Positions 52,182 through 62,448 of a DNA stretch of 64,000 nt are shown here, piece after piece. The DNA comes from an uncultured Actinomycetes bacterium (GTDB lineage: Bacteria > Actinomycetota > UBA4738 > HRBIN12), in assembly GCA_963704725.1 (NCBI GenBank), contig OY969934.1:2752001-2816000 (forward strand). Direction: 5' to 3'. A program made the position numbers and the translations under genes. Under the pieces are notes generated by a model. It had not been told where the DNA came from, did no database searches, and saw only the letters and a list, made by a program, of their open reading frames with translations. Each line of letters starts with the position of its first letter. Within the stretch, counting starts at the first letter, position 1.

Positions 52182-52970
52182 CTAGGAGATCTCGGGAAAG
52201 CCGTTGGGCGACAGCGCCGGTTCGTCCGTCCAGAACGTTGCGGCACCCACCTGACTCCCCGACCGGCCGATCTGGAACCGGTCGACCGGACCACCGAGGA
52301 CCCGTCCCACGGCCGAGGTCGTCGATTCGGTCGGGTTCGCGGATCCCCCGTCATGGAAGAGCCGCAGCACGAGGACGCTTTCGGCCTGATCAACGAACCA
52401 CTCGAGCCGAACCCACCGGCCCGTGGCGATCTTCTGTTTGGTCACCAGGGCGCTCCCGTTGCCTGAGTCGACGACGCGGACCCATCCGCCCGAGAGGACG
52501 TCGATGGCGAACCGAAGGGTTCCGGAGCCGGTTCCCTGAACGATCCGCGCGGCCGATCCCGGTAAGAGTCGAACCAGACATAGACGCGGCCGCACCACGC
52601 GCGCTGGGACGTCGGCACGCTCCAGCCGTAGTACGAGTCCTCGCCGGGGCCGACGACGTGCCGGGCGGACGCACCACGGACCGCGCGACCGGCGTCGTAC
52701 GTGAGCGACGCGCCGCCCGTGACGGAGACCACGCCGAAAGCCGTTCCGCTCAGCCCACCCGAGGTCGACGACGTGACCGGTGCGCCCTGCGGGCCGGCAT
52801 CGAGGGTGTTCGACCATGCGCCGATCGAACCTGGGCTCGGACTCGGCGAAGGGGCGGGCGACGGGCTGGGAACCGGGGTCAGGCTCGGCAAGGGGTTCGG
52901 ACTCGCCGACGGGCCCGGGGCCGTGATCGTCGGCCCCAGGTACGGATCCGCGCCGATCGCCCGCGCCTCG
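52182..52970 (-). pseudogene. Remnant of a modular GH26-like gene (last helix + P/S linker + beta-sandwich domain), frameshifted near 52565 and 5'-deleted
   Basis: RAIGADPYL resembles the GH26 ends AMATDPYF/QMGRDPHF; coding sense switches frame at VWFDS/LPGSAAR; no catalytic body upstream. Confidence 0.68.
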
Positions 52971-53054
52971 GACCGACGCCCCTCGGCGTTCCACGTCAAT
53001 CGGTCCGGGCGGGTCACCGCCTTCAGGGAGGGCAGGGAATCCGATCGAGCTAGT

Positions 53055-54082
53055 TGTTCCGCTCCACGGCATCATTGACGGACCCGGTCGATCGGTCGGG
53101 CGCCGTTCAAGCCGCCATGTGGACGCTCGCGATTGTAGAAGTCGACGAACGGCTGGAGCGCTGCCGAGCGAGCTGAGTCGGATCGATAGGGCCTCGCGTA
53201 GGCCCAGCCGTTCAGCAGGATCTTGACCATCGCCTCCGCCTTGCCGTTGGTCCGTGGCGTGTAGGGCCGGGTCCGGATGTGCCGGATCTGCCGGCGCCCG
53301 AGCTCGGCGGGGAACGCGAGCGAGCGGTAGGGATTCCCGTTGTCGGTCATCACGCGCCGGACGGTGATCTGGTGCCCGGCGTAGAACTCCAGGGCCCGTC
53401 CGAGGAATGCGACGGCGGTCTCGGGCCGCTCATCGGGCAGCTCCTCGACGTAGGCGAGCCGAGAGTGGTCGTCCACGGCGACGTGGACGACGCTCCATCC
53501 CAAGCGCGTCTTGCGGCCCCTCTGCGAGAGGTCGAAGCGCCAGCCGGCGCTGCGGCCCATCCGGCCGATCTTCTTGGTGTCCAGGTGCACGAGATCACCC
53601 GGGGTGGGCCACTCGTAGCGGTTCGGATCGGGGCGTGGCTCAAGACGCGGCAGCCGCTGCAGCCCGAGCCGGCGGAGCACCCGGTAGACGCTGGATCGGG
53701 CCAGATGCAGCATCCAGGCGATCCGGTGCGACCCCAGGCGCTGGCGCCGCAGCCGTTCGATCTGCCGCACGACCGAAGCACCGAGCCGTCGGTGGATCGT
53801 CCGGGGCCGTGTCGACCGATCCGAAAGACCCACCTCACCGAGCTCGCGGTACCGCCCGACCCACTTGGAGGCCGTCTGACGACTCACGTTGGCGGCGCGG
53901 GCCGCCGCCGTCACCGTCCAACCCTGCTCCTGCACCCGGAGCGCGATCGTCAGGTGCGAGTGAACCGACAACCGGGCGCTGCCATGCTGAGCCATGAGGG
54001 CCCTCCTCTCGGTCCGTGGCTTGGACACCTCGAACCGAAGGGCAGGGCCCTCTACGTGTCAATGATGTGGTGGGGCGGAAGA
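53055..54082 (-). mobile_element. IS481-family insertion sequence (~1028 bp)
   Basis: Imperfect terminal inverted repeats (TGTTCCGCTCCACGGCATCATTGAC vs TCTTCCGCCCCACCACATCATTGAC); GCTAGT duplicated at 53049-53054 and 54083-54088, fitting the NCTAGN target. Confidence 0.92.
53072..53995 (-). CDS. IS481-family transposase
   Basis: HTH N-terminus, HLDTKKIGR, VDDHSR, TDNG, PRTNGKAE, YNRERPH. Confidence 0.94.
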   Translation of the reverse strand: MAQHGSARLSVHSHLTIALRVQEQGWTVTAAARAANVSRQTASKWVGRYRELGEVGLSDRSTRPRTIHRRLGASVVRQIERLRRQRLGSHRIAWMLHLARSSVYRVLRRLGLQRLPRLEPRPDPNRYEWPTPGDLVHLDTKKIGRMGRSAGWRFDLSQRGRKTRLGWSVVHVAVDDHSRLAYVEELPDERPETAVAFLGRALEFYAGHQITVRRVMTDNGNPYRSLAFPAELGRRQIRHIRTRPYTPRTNGKAEAMVKILLNGWAYARPYRSDSARSAALQPFVDFYNRERPHGGLNGARPIDRVRQ

Positions 54083-54374
54083 GCTAGTCCGGCTGGTGAG
54101 CACGGGCGGACGGCAGAATCCCCCGGCGGTGAATGCTGGATCCCCCCGAACGACCGAGGCCGTTCGCCGGCCGGCCGGCCGATCCACTACGCCCTTCGGT
54201 CGAGCATTCTCGGGGACCTCCGGCTGATGAGTTGGGTCCCTCGATGTCGTACTCTCAGCTGGCGGCCGGGTCGGGGGGACGCCGGACGAGAACGCCACGC
54301 GGTCACCCGATTCCCAGAACCGTCATGAGGATGCTGCCACCCATTCCAGACCCGTACTCGCGATGGAGCGGCCG

Positions 54375-54884
54375 ATGAGGATCGGCTCGCGAAACCAACG
54401 CCGTTCGCCGGGACGACCGGATGCCAGCCCTCGTCGGCGGGCTCTCCTCGTGTGCTCGAACGGCGGTCACCTGCTCCAGCTCAAGGCGTTACGGCCGTGG
54501 TGGGACGGGCTGGACCGCGTGTGGGTCACGTTCCGACAGGCCGACGCCGAGACGCTGCTCGCGGGGGAGCGCGTGGTCTGGGCGTTCCACCCAACGCAAC
54601 GGAGCCTCCTCAACCTGTTCCGCAACGCCGGGCTCGCCTGGAACACCCTTCGCCGCGAGCGGCCCGACGTGGTGGTGTCGACCGGGGCCGGCGTCGCGCC
54701 GCCGTTCTTCCTCATCGCGCGCCTGCTCGGGATCCGCACCGTCTACGTGGAGGTCTTCGATCGCATCGACAGTCGGACGCTCAGCGGTCGGTTGTGCTAC
54801 CCGCTGAGCGACCTCTTCCTGCTTCAGTGGGAGGAGCAGCGGGGCTTCTACCCGAAGGGGGAGGTCATCGGTGCCCTCCTCTGA
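54375..54884 (+). CDS. Alg14/PssD-like glycosyltransferase enhancer subunit
   Basis: SNGGHLLQL, RPDVVVSTGAGVA, VYVE, QWEE. Confidence 0.9.
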   Translation: MRIGSRNQRRSPGRPDASPRRRALLVCSNGGHLLQLKALRPWWDGLDRVWVTFRQADAETLLAGERVVWAFHPTQRSLLNLFRNAGLAWNTLRRERPDVVVSTGAGVAPPFFLIARLLGIRTVYVEVFDRIDSRTLSGRLCYPLSDLFLLQWEEQRGFYPKGEVIGALL

Positions 54885-55458
54885 GGCGCCGGGCGGGCCG
54901 ACTCCCAGCCTCTTCGTGACGATCGGCGCGTCCCACTACCCCTTCGATCGCCTCCTGGGCTGGATCGACGCCTGGTTGCGGACGCCCCTGGGCAGGGGCA
55001 TCCCCTGCCTCGCTCAACACGGCACCTCCCCGCCGCCTGCGAGCGCCGAATGTCACCCGTACCTCGGCTTCGAAGCGGTCGAGGCTGCGTTCCGCCGGTC
55101 CGACCTGGTTGTCTGTCACGGTGGACCGGGGACGATCATGCTCGCCCGCCAGTTCGGGCTGAAGCCGATCGTGGTCCCCCGGGTCAAGGCGTACGGCGAG
55201 AGCGTGGACGATCATCAGGTCTCGTTCGCACGGATGATGGCCGCGCGCGGCGACATCGAGCTCGCGGAGACGGAGGCTCGGCTCCGCGAGCTGATGGACG
55301 ATGCCGTCGAGCGGCGCCTCGACCTTCGACTGGCCTCGGCCAACGGCGACGTGCCCGACTCCGTCCGCCGATTCGAGGAGCTCGTGGACGAGCTCCTCCG
55401 CCGCAGGCGTCGTGGGTCGACGGCCGCGACGCAGCGCTCCCCCCGGAGGTCTCGATGA
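54871..55458 (+). CDS. Alg13/PssE-like glycosyltransferase (GT28 C-terminal domain)
   Basis: FVTIG..PFDRL, HGGPGTI, VVPR..GESVDDHQ. Confidence 0.9.
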   Translation: MPSSEAPGGPTPSLFVTIGASHYPFDRLLGWIDAWLRTPLGRGIPCLAQHGTSPPPASAECHPYLGFEAVEAAFRRSDLVVCHGGPGTIMLARQFGLKPIVVPRVKAYGESVDDHQVSFARMMAARGDIELAETEARLRELMDDAVERRLDLRLASANGDVPDSVRRFEELVDELLRRRRRGSTAATQRSPRRSR

Positions 55459-56453
55459 GTCGATCGGCATCGACCTCCGCGGACCGACTGTCCGCGGCCG
55501 ACGGCCCGGCCGGGCCGTTCCGGATCCTGTTCATCGGCGGCTGCGGCCGAAGCGGGAGCACGCTCCTGGACCGGATCCTCGGACAGGTGGACGGACTGTG
55601 GTCGGTTGGCGAGATCGTTCACATCTGGCGACGGGGGGTCGGGGACGATCAGCTGTGTGGGTGCGGGGCGGCGTTCCACGACTGTCCGTTCTGGACGCAG
55701 GTGGGCGATGAGGCGTTCGGCGGATGGGACATGCTCGACGTCGAGGCGATCCTCCGGTTGCAGCAGAAGGTGGACCGTCACCGGTACGTCCCACTCATGA
55801 TCGCTCCGTGGCTGTCCCATTCGTACCGCCGGGACCTCGAACGGTACGCGGGATACCTCGCCCGCCTCTACGGAGCGATCCAGAAGGTGAGCGGAGCGGA
55901 GATGATCGTCGACTCGACCAAGCACGCGTCGTACGCGTTCCTCCTCCGGCACGTACCCGGAGCGGAGCTGCGGATCGTGCATCTCGCTCGCGACCCTCGC
56001 GGGGTGGCGTACTCGTGGACCAAGGAGGTCGCGAAACCCGAGGTGATCGACCATACCGAGTACATGCCCCAATACCATCCGAGCAGGATGGCCGGGCGAT
56101 GGGTCGTGTACAACCTGCTCTTCCACTTCCTCCGGGTGACCGGGACCCGATCGATCTTCGTGCGATACGAGTCGTTCGTCCGGGGGCCACGACGGGAGAC
56201 CGAACGGATCCTGTCCCTCGCCGAGCCGATGCCCGGTCCGGCCGATCTCGGGTTCATCGACGGAGGAGCGGTCGAGCTGCTCCCCACGCATACGGTGGCC
56301 GGCAACCCGATGCGGTTCAAGCAGGGGCGGCTCGCTCTTCGTATCGACGAGGCCTGGCGTACGGCGATGCCCTCCGGCCAGCGCGCGCTCGTCACCGTCC
56401 TCACGTGGCCCCTGATGCGCATCTACGGATATCGCGTCCGGGGAAAGGTGTGA
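55455..56453 (+). CDS. Sulfotransferase (paralog of 32539-33486)
   Basis: GRSGSTLL, CGCG..CPFW, VDSTK, RDPRG, RYE, GNPMRF. Confidence 0.87.
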   Translation: MSRSASTSADRLSAADGPAGPFRILFIGGCGRSGSTLLDRILGQVDGLWSVGEIVHIWRRGVGDDQLCGCGAAFHDCPFWTQVGDEAFGGWDMLDVEAILRLQQKVDRHRYVPLMIAPWLSHSYRRDLERYAGYLARLYGAIQKVSGAEMIVDSTKHASYAFLLRHVPGAELRIVHLARDPRGVAYSWTKEVAKPEVIDHTEYMPQYHPSRMAGRWVVYNLLFHFLRVTGTRSIFVRYESFVRGPRRETERILSLAEPMPGPADLGFIDGGAVELLPTHTVAGNPMRFKQGRLALRIDEAWRTAMPSGQRALVTVLTWPLMRIYGYRVRGKV

Positions 56454-57388
56454 GCGAGACCGCGCCTCCCTCCCCGGGCACCACGCTCCCTCGGGTGAGC
56501 GTCGTCATCCCAACGCGCGACCGTCCGGAGCTGCTGCGGCGCGCCGTCCGGGCCGTGCTGGATCAGCGGTACCCGGGTCCGATCGAGTGCCTGGTCGCGT
56601 TCGACCAGTGCGAGATCCGGCTTCCCGAGCTCCCTCCCGTCACCGACCGCGTGCTGCGCGGCGTCGTCAACGACCGGACGCCGGGCCTGGCCGGAGCCCG
56701 GAACACCGGCGCGCTCGCCGCCCGAGGCTCGTACCTCGCGTTCTGCGACGACGACGACGAGTGGGATCGTGACAAGCTCGGACTCCAGGTGCCCGCCCTG
56801 ATACGGGCACCCGGTGCCTCCGCAGCGACGAGCGGCATCCTGGTCGTGACCGGCAAGCGAGAGATCCCGCGATTGCCCCCGAACGAGCTCGTGACCCTGG
56901 ACGACCTCACCCGCTCTCGCCGGATGGATGTGCACTCGAGCACGCTCGTTGTCGAGCGGGAGCGCTTCCTGGGCGAGATCGGGATGATCGACGAGGAGAT
57001 CCCCGGCAGCTACGGCGAGGATCTCGACTGGATCCTGCGCGCCGCGGCGGCCGGTCCGCTCGTCTCCGTCCCGCGGCCGCTCGTTCGCGTGTACTGGCAG
57101 ACATCGTTCTTCTCAGGTCGGTGGGAGACCATCGTGCTCGCGCACGAGTACCAGCTCCGCAAGCACCCCGAGCTTTCCCGGAACCCGCGGAACCTGTCGC
57201 GGATGTATGGTCAGATCGCCTTCGCGCATGCCGCGCTCAGCCGCAGACGGCAGGCGCGGAGCTGGGCGAACCGGTCGATCCGGCTCGACTGGCGGCAGCC
57301 TCGAGGGTACCTGGCACACCTCGTCACCATCGGCCTGTCACCGCGCTTCGTGGTCAGGACCCTCAACGCCACCGGCCGGGGGATGTGA
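56450..57388 (+). CDS. Glycosyltransferase family 2
   Basis: VSVVIPTRDR, GLAGARNTG, AFCDDDD, EDLDW. Confidence 0.92.
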   Translation: MSETAPPSPGTTLPRVSVVIPTRDRPELLRRAVRAVLDQRYPGPIECLVAFDQCEIRLPELPPVTDRVLRGVVNDRTPGLAGARNTGALAARGSYLAFCDDDDEWDRDKLGLQVPALIRAPGASAATSGILVVTGKREIPRLPPNELVTLDDLTRSRRMDVHSSTLVVERERFLGEIGMIDEEIPGSYGEDLDWILRAAAAGPLVSVPRPLVRVYWQTSFFSGRWETIVLAHEYQLRKHPELSRNPRNLSRMYGQIAFAHAALSRRRQARSWANRSIRLDWRQPRGYLAHLVTIGLSPRFVVRTLNATGRGM

Positions 57389-57389
57389 C

Positions 57390-58706
57390 GTGCAGGGCAC
57401 CCTCGCCCCCTACCCGGCCGGACCGGCGCTCGGCGTTCGGCGATCACGAGGGTCGTTGCCGGGATGGCCCCTCTTGATCATGTTCGGGTTGTTCCCCGTG
57501 TGGTGGGCGATGGGCCTGAGCGCGTTCATCTGGCCGATCTTCGCCGTGCCGATGGCCCTGAGCCTCTTGCGCCGCAACGTGCGCGTGCCGAGGGGCTTCG
57601 GCATCTGGCTGCTCTTCCTCTTGTGGATGCTGGGCAGCGCCACCCAGCTCGGGGAGGCATCCCGGGGCATCACGTTCGGCTACCGCGTGGGCATCTACCT
57701 GGCCGCTACGACGATCTTCCTGTACGTCTACAACTCCTCGCGAGATTCCCTCCCCGATCACCGCGTGATCCTCGCCGTCGCCATGTTCTGGATGGTCGTA
57801 ACGGCGGGAGGTTTCCTGGGACTGCTCGCGCCGCGATTCGAGTTCCGGAGCCCGGTGGAGGCGATCCTGCCGGGGGGGCTCGCGCACAACGCCTTCCTCC
57901 ACGAGCTCGTACACCCCGCGGCCTCGCAGGTGCAGAACATCTTCGGCTACGACACGGCCCGGCCCAAGGCCCCGTTCGAGTACACGAATGTGTGGGGCGC
58001 CGTGTTCGCCTTGAGCACGCCGTTCGTGATCCTGGCGTGGTCCGTGACGCGGAGCCCGTTGTGGCGCTGGGCCATCCGGCTGTTCCTCGTTGCGGCCGTC
58101 GTGCCGGTCGTCGCGTCGCTCAACCGCGGGCTGTGGCTGAGCCTGGGCCTCGGGCTCGTCTTCGCCGCCGCGCGCATGGCTGCCGCGGGGCGGGTGCGCC
58201 CCCTGTTCGGGCTCATGATCGGATTGGTCATCGCCGTCACGATCGTGTTCGCGTCGCCCCTGCGTGGTCTGATCGAGGCCCGATTCTCGACGTCGCACAG
58301 CGTACGGGGGCGGGAAACCCTGTACTCCGAAGCAACGGAGGGGGCGCTGAAATCTCCGCTCCTCGGATTCGGATCACCACGACCGTCGGAGAGCGACCCG
58401 AGTCTGCCGGAGGTCGGCACGCACGGCCAGCTCTGGTTGGTCATGTACTCCCACGGCTTTCCCGGCCTCGCCCTCTACATCGGGTGGTTCGGCTGGTGCT
58501 TCTGGTTGACGCGGAGGGGGCGGAGCCGCCTGGCCTTCTGGTGCAACGTCGTGGTCTTCATCTCGATCGTTCAGCTCCCGTACTACGCACAACTCCCCGC
58601 GCAGATCCAGGTCACCATGGTCGCCGCGGCGCTCGCGCTCCGAGACATCCAGCGCCCGCTCGAGGAGCCGGAGCCCGCTCTCTCATCGCCATCGGCCACG
58701 CGATGA
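57390..58706 (+). CDS. O-antigen ligase/Wzy-like polysaccharide polymerase
   Basis: Over 10 TM segments, RPKAPFEYTN, SLNRG, SPLLGFG, THGQ. Confidence 0.82.
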   Translation: MQGTLAPYPAGPALGVRRSRGSLPGWPLLIMFGLFPVWWAMGLSAFIWPIFAVPMALSLLRRNVRVPRGFGIWLLFLLWMLGSATQLGEASRGITFGYRVGIYLAATTIFLYVYNSSRDSLPDHRVILAVAMFWMVVTAGGFLGLLAPRFEFRSPVEAILPGGLAHNAFLHELVHPAASQVQNIFGYDTARPKAPFEYTNVWGAVFALSTPFVILAWSVTRSPLWRWAIRLFLVAAVVPVVASLNRGLWLSLGLGLVFAAARMAAAGRVRPLFGLMIGLVIAVTIVFASPLRGLIEARFSTSHSVRGRETLYSEATEGALKSPLLGFGSPRPSESDPSLPEVGTHGQLWLVMYSHGFPGLALYIGWFGWCFWLTRRGRSRLAFWCNVVVFISIVQLPYYAQLPAQIQVTMVAAALALRDIQRPLEEPEPALSSPSATR

Positions 58707-59947
58707 CAGCGATCGGAACCTCACGTGCGCTAGGCTCCGACCTCGAGTGGCTTCGATCCGTTCTGTGGTCGCACGCCGACCTCCGTGTCACCTTCGATGA
58801 GGAGCCGCCGGCCGGCTTCCGCCGCGTCCTCACGTACGGCGCCGTCCCGAGCGCTCGGCGGCCGCGACTGCTCGTTCCGTTGCTTGCACCCGCGGCCCGG
58901 CGCACGGCGTTCTGGCAGTTCAACGACGGGATGACGCAACGAGCGCGGATCTCCAAAGCGGGCGCCGGCCTGGCGGCTCGGTTCGCGGCGCGGGTGCTGG
59001 TGCGGGATCGGATCCACGTCCACGTCTCGGCCATGCGCTCGCGAGAGGAGCTCGCCGGGCTGTTGCCGGAGTCGGGCCTCGCCGCGATCCTTGGTCGTCG
59101 CGAGGTCCCGGTGGCCATCACCTTCGGGTCCCCTCGACCCAACCGGAAGCCGGTCCTGCAGGCGATCGAGCGCGGGGGCGAACCGATCGCCTACATGAAG
59201 GTGGCCTGGAACGAGCTGACCACGGATCTCGTGCGCAACGAGGCCGCGGTCCTGCGGCGCTGGGCGGAGGCCCCGCCTCAGAGGTTCCGCGTGCCATCGC
59301 TCGTCCACGACGGCCTGTGGCTGGAACACGAGATCGTGGTGACGCAGGCGTTCCGGCACCACCTGTGGCGAAGCGGCCCGCTCGATCGGCTGCCCCCGGT
59401 TGAGGTGCTGCAGGAGGTGTCCTGCCCAGGGGGCGTCGCCACACGGCCGCTGTCGTCGCTCGGATCGTGGACGGACATCCAAGACCAGCTTGCCGCACCG
59501 TACGACCGGCCGGGGGAGGAGGCCGTCGCCCTCGCCGGGCGGTTCGAGGCGGAGCACGGCGACACCGAGATCGTCGCCGGCGCGTGGCATGGTGACTGGG
59601 CTCCGTGGAACATGTCGCGGACGCGCACCGGCCTGATCGTGTGGGACTGGGAGCGTGCGCGGTCGGGTGTTCCCGTCGGCCTCGACCTCGCCCACTTCGC
59701 CTATCAGCTCGGCGTGCATCGGTCGGGGCTGGGTCCGGTGGACGCCGCCCGAGGCGCCTGCCGTGCCGACCTGCCCCTCGCCCATCTCGGTGTCGTCGCC
59801 GGATCCTGGCGGGCGATCGTCTGCCTGTATCTGTTCGAGCTCTACCGACGCTACGCGGACGGCGCTCGGGAGGGTGTCGCGGAGGCCGACGCCGGGACGC
59901 GCCGGCAGATCCTGGCGGCGATCGAACGCACGGCGGCCGAGGCGTGA
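58703..59947 (+). CDS. APH/choline-kinase-fold phosphotransferase
   Basis: YMK, NE, HGDWAPWN, DWE, DLAH motifs. Confidence 0.78.
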   Translation: MTAIGTSRALGSDLEWLRSVLWSHADLRVTFDEEPPAGFRRVLTYGAVPSARRPRLLVPLLAPAARRTAFWQFNDGMTQRARISKAGAGLAARFAARVLVRDRIHVHVSAMRSREELAGLLPESGLAAILGRREVPVAITFGSPRPNRKPVLQAIERGGEPIAYMKVAWNELTTDLVRNEAAVLRRWAEAPPQRFRVPSLVHDGLWLEHEIVVTQAFRHHLWRSGPLDRLPPVEVLQEVSCPGGVATRPLSSLGSWTDIQDQLAAPYDRPGEEAVALAGRFEAEHGDTEIVAGAWHGDWAPWNMSRTRTGLIVWDWERARSGVPVGLDLAHFAYQLGVHRSGLGPVDAARGACRADLPLAHLGVVAGSWRAIVCLYLFELYRRYADGAREGVAEADAGTRRQILAAIERTAAEA

Positions 59948-60828
59948 GCGTGCGCGCGAAGCTCATCCAGGGCACCCCGAAACCGGTGCGGCGTGCCCTG
60001 AAGACCGTGATCCGCGCCGTCTACGTGATGCCCACCAGCCCGGCCCGGCTGCTGCCGGACTTCCTCATCATCGGTGCGCAGCGATGCGGCACGACGTCGC
60101 TCTACAACTACCTCGGGCAGAACCCTGCCGTCGGACCCCTCGTGCTCGAGAAGGGGGCGCACTACTTCAGCACGAATTACGACAAGAGCCTGGGCTGGTA
60201 TCGATCGCACTTCCCGATGCGGTGGCGGGCCGCCGCGGAGCACCGGCGGGGGCGCCCCTTCGTCACCGGGGAGGGGAGCCCGTACTACGTGTTCCACCCT
60301 CTGGCACCGCAGCGCGTGGCGGAGACCGTCCCCGAAGTGAAGCTCCTGCTGATGCTTCGCGATCCCGTCGAGCGCGCCTACTCGCAGTACCGCCACGAGG
60401 TGGGACGGGGCTTCGAGCACCTCCCGACGTTCGAGGAGGCGATCGACGCCGAGCCGGGACGGCTGGCCGGACAGCGGGAGCGCATCCTCGAGGATCCGGG
60501 TTACCGCAGCTTCGAGCACCAGCACTATTCGTACCTGGCCCGGGGCCGGTACCTGGAGCAGATCCTCGCCTGGCAGGCGCTGTTCCCGCCGGAGCGGATG
60601 CTCATCCTGCGGTCCGAGGACTTCTTCTCGGACCCGGAGTCGAGCTATGCGAAGGTGCTCGTGTTCCTCGGCCTCCCGCCGTGGCGCCCCCGGGCGTTCG
60701 CGCGCTACAACGCCTCGCGTCCCGCGGCGTTGAACCCGCAGACGCGAGAGCGGCTCGAGGGGTACTTCGAGCCCCACAATCGGAGCCTGGCCGAGCACCT
60801 GGGGATCGAGCTTGGCTGGAGCTCCTAG
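59944..60828 (+). CDS. Sulfotransferase (Sulfotransfer_1, heparan-sulfotransferase-like motifs)
   Basis: PDFLIIGAQRCGTTSLY, GEGSPYY, LRDPVERAYSQY, RGRY. Confidence 0.9.
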   Translation: MSVRAKLIQGTPKPVRRALKTVIRAVYVMPTSPARLLPDFLIIGAQRCGTTSLYNYLGQNPAVGPLVLEKGAHYFSTNYDKSLGWYRSHFPMRWRAAAEHRRGRPFVTGEGSPYYVFHPLAPQRVAETVPEVKLLLMLRDPVERAYSQYRHEVGRGFEHLPTFEEAIDAEPGRLAGQRERILEDPGYRSFEHQHYSYLARGRYLEQILAWQALFPPERMLILRSEDFFSDPESSYAKVLVFLGLPPWRPRAFARYNASRPAALNPQTRERLEGYFEPHNRSLAEHLGIELGWSS

Positions 60829-62448
60829 GTGACCGCACAGGACGTCCCGACCCCCGACCGGATCGCCGAGCCCGCGTCGCCCTCGCTCGACGCGGGGCCA
60901 CCCTCCTCGACGCACATCTCATCGATCGCCTCCGGAGGCGCCCTGAATCTCGGCGGCGCGGCGGCCAGCGCGATCCTCAACTTCGCGCTCGTGACGATCC
61001 TGACGAGAGGGCTCGGCGCCGAGGGTGCCGGAGCGTTCTTCGTCGCCCTGGCCCTGTTCAGCCTCCTCACGAACACCCTGGAGCTCGGCGCCGACACCGG
61101 TTTGGTGCGGACGGTCTCGGCATACGTGGCGCTCCGCCGTCATCGCGACCTCCCCCGGGTGATCGCGATCGCGGTCGGGCCGGTTCTCGGCGCAGGGGTC
61201 GCGGCCGCGATCGCGATCTACGTGTTCGCGGAGCCGTTCGCGCGTGTCTTCGCCGGGGGAACTCCGGGCCCGGTCGCGGATCTCGTCCGCGTGTTCGCGT
61301 TCTTCCTGCCCTTCGCCTCCGCATACACCGTCGTTGTGGCGGCCACGAGAGGGTTCGGGACGATGGTGCCGTCCTTCCTGATCGACCGGATCGCTAAGCC
61401 TCTGCTGCAGGTAGTCGTGGTATCGCTCGTCGTGTGGATCGGATGGGACGCCTCCGCGCTTGCGATCGCATGGGCGGGCCCGATCACTCTCGGCTTCGTG
61501 GCCGCTCTGCTGACTACCATTGCCCTGCAACGTCGTGCGACCAGGAACGCGCGCGCGCCGCTCCTGGAGCCGCAGCGACGGTGGGATCTGGCCGGCGATT
61601 TCTGGCGCTTCACGGCTCCTCGCGGCCTGGCCGGCATGTTCCAGGTCGCCGTGGTGTGGATCGACACGCTCCTGATCGGTGCCCTGCGATCCACGCGCGA
61701 GGCTGGGATCTACTCCGCCGCGACGCGGTACATGCTCGTCGGGACGTTCGCGACGGTCGCGATCTCGCAGGTGTTCGGGCCCAAGATGAGCGAGCTCACC
61801 GCGCTCGACGACCACGAGTCTGCGCGTTCCGTCTATCAGAGCACGACGGCCTGGTACGTGGCGCTCACCTGGCCGCTCTACCTGACCTTGGTGATCTTCG
61901 CGCCCGTGCTCGTGTCGATCTTCGGCCGAGGGTTCCTGCCGGGGGCGAGACCGCTGCAGATCCTCGGCCTGACCATGCTCGTCGCGACGGCGTGCGGACC
62001 GGTCGACGTGGTGCTCCTGATGGCGGGGAAGAGCTCGTGGAACCTGCTCAACACGGTGATCGCCCTAGTGCTCAACGTGGGGCTCAACCTCCTCCTGATC
62101 CCCCGGCTCGGCATCTCGGGCGCCGCGATCGCATGGGCGGCCAGCATCCTGTCGAACAACCTCCTGCCGCTCTTCCAGAGCTGGCGGTTCCTGCACCTGC
62201 ACCCGCTGGGGCACGGCCTCCCTCGTGCGGCGCTGGCCGCCTCGGCAACCTACGGAGCGCTGGGACTGGGTGCCCGGATTTGGCTCGGACCCACGATCGC
62301 CGCCTTCGTCGTATCCGCTGTGCTCGCCACGTTCGCCTACGCGGGCCTGCTGTGGCGCTTCCGCGAGACCCTGAACGTCCGGGTGGTGCTGGACGTGTTC
62401 CGTGAGCGACGGAACCGACGGGACCCCGTGACCCCCGCCGACCGCTGA
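60829..62448 (+). CDS. Wzx-type polysaccharide flippase
   Basis: About 14 TM segments, RGLGAEGAG, DTLLIG..AGIY, LNLLLIPRLGISGAA. Confidence 0.88.
   Translation: MTAQDVPTPDRIAEPASPSLDAGPPSSTHISSIASGGALNLGGAAASAILNFALVTILTRGLGAEGAGAFFVALALFSLLTNTLELGADTGLVRTVSAYVALRRHRDLPRVIAIAVGPVLGAGVAAAIAIYVFAEPFARVFAGGTPGPVADLVRVFAFFLPFASAYTVVVAATRGFGTMVPSFLIDRIAKPLLQVVVVSLVVWIGWDASALAIAWAGPITLGFVAALLTTIALQRRATRNARAPLLEPQRRWDLAGDFWRFTAPRGLAGMFQVAVVWIDTLLIGALRSTREAGIYSAATRYMLVGTFATVAISQVFGPKMSELTALDDHESARSVYQSTTAWYVALTWPLYLTLVIFAPVLVSIFGRGFLPGARPLQILGLTMLVATACGPVDVVLLMAGKSSWNLLNTVIALVLNVGLNLLLIPRLGISGAAIAWAASILSNNLLPLFQSWRFLHLHPLGHGLPRAALAASATYGALGLGARIWLGPTIAAFVVSAVLATFAYAGLLWRFRETLNVRVVLDVFRERRNRRDPVTPADR

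Noticed and set aside
54224-54260. CTGATGAG resembling a hammerhead ribozyme core
   Set aside because: No stem II followed by GAAA and no closing stems
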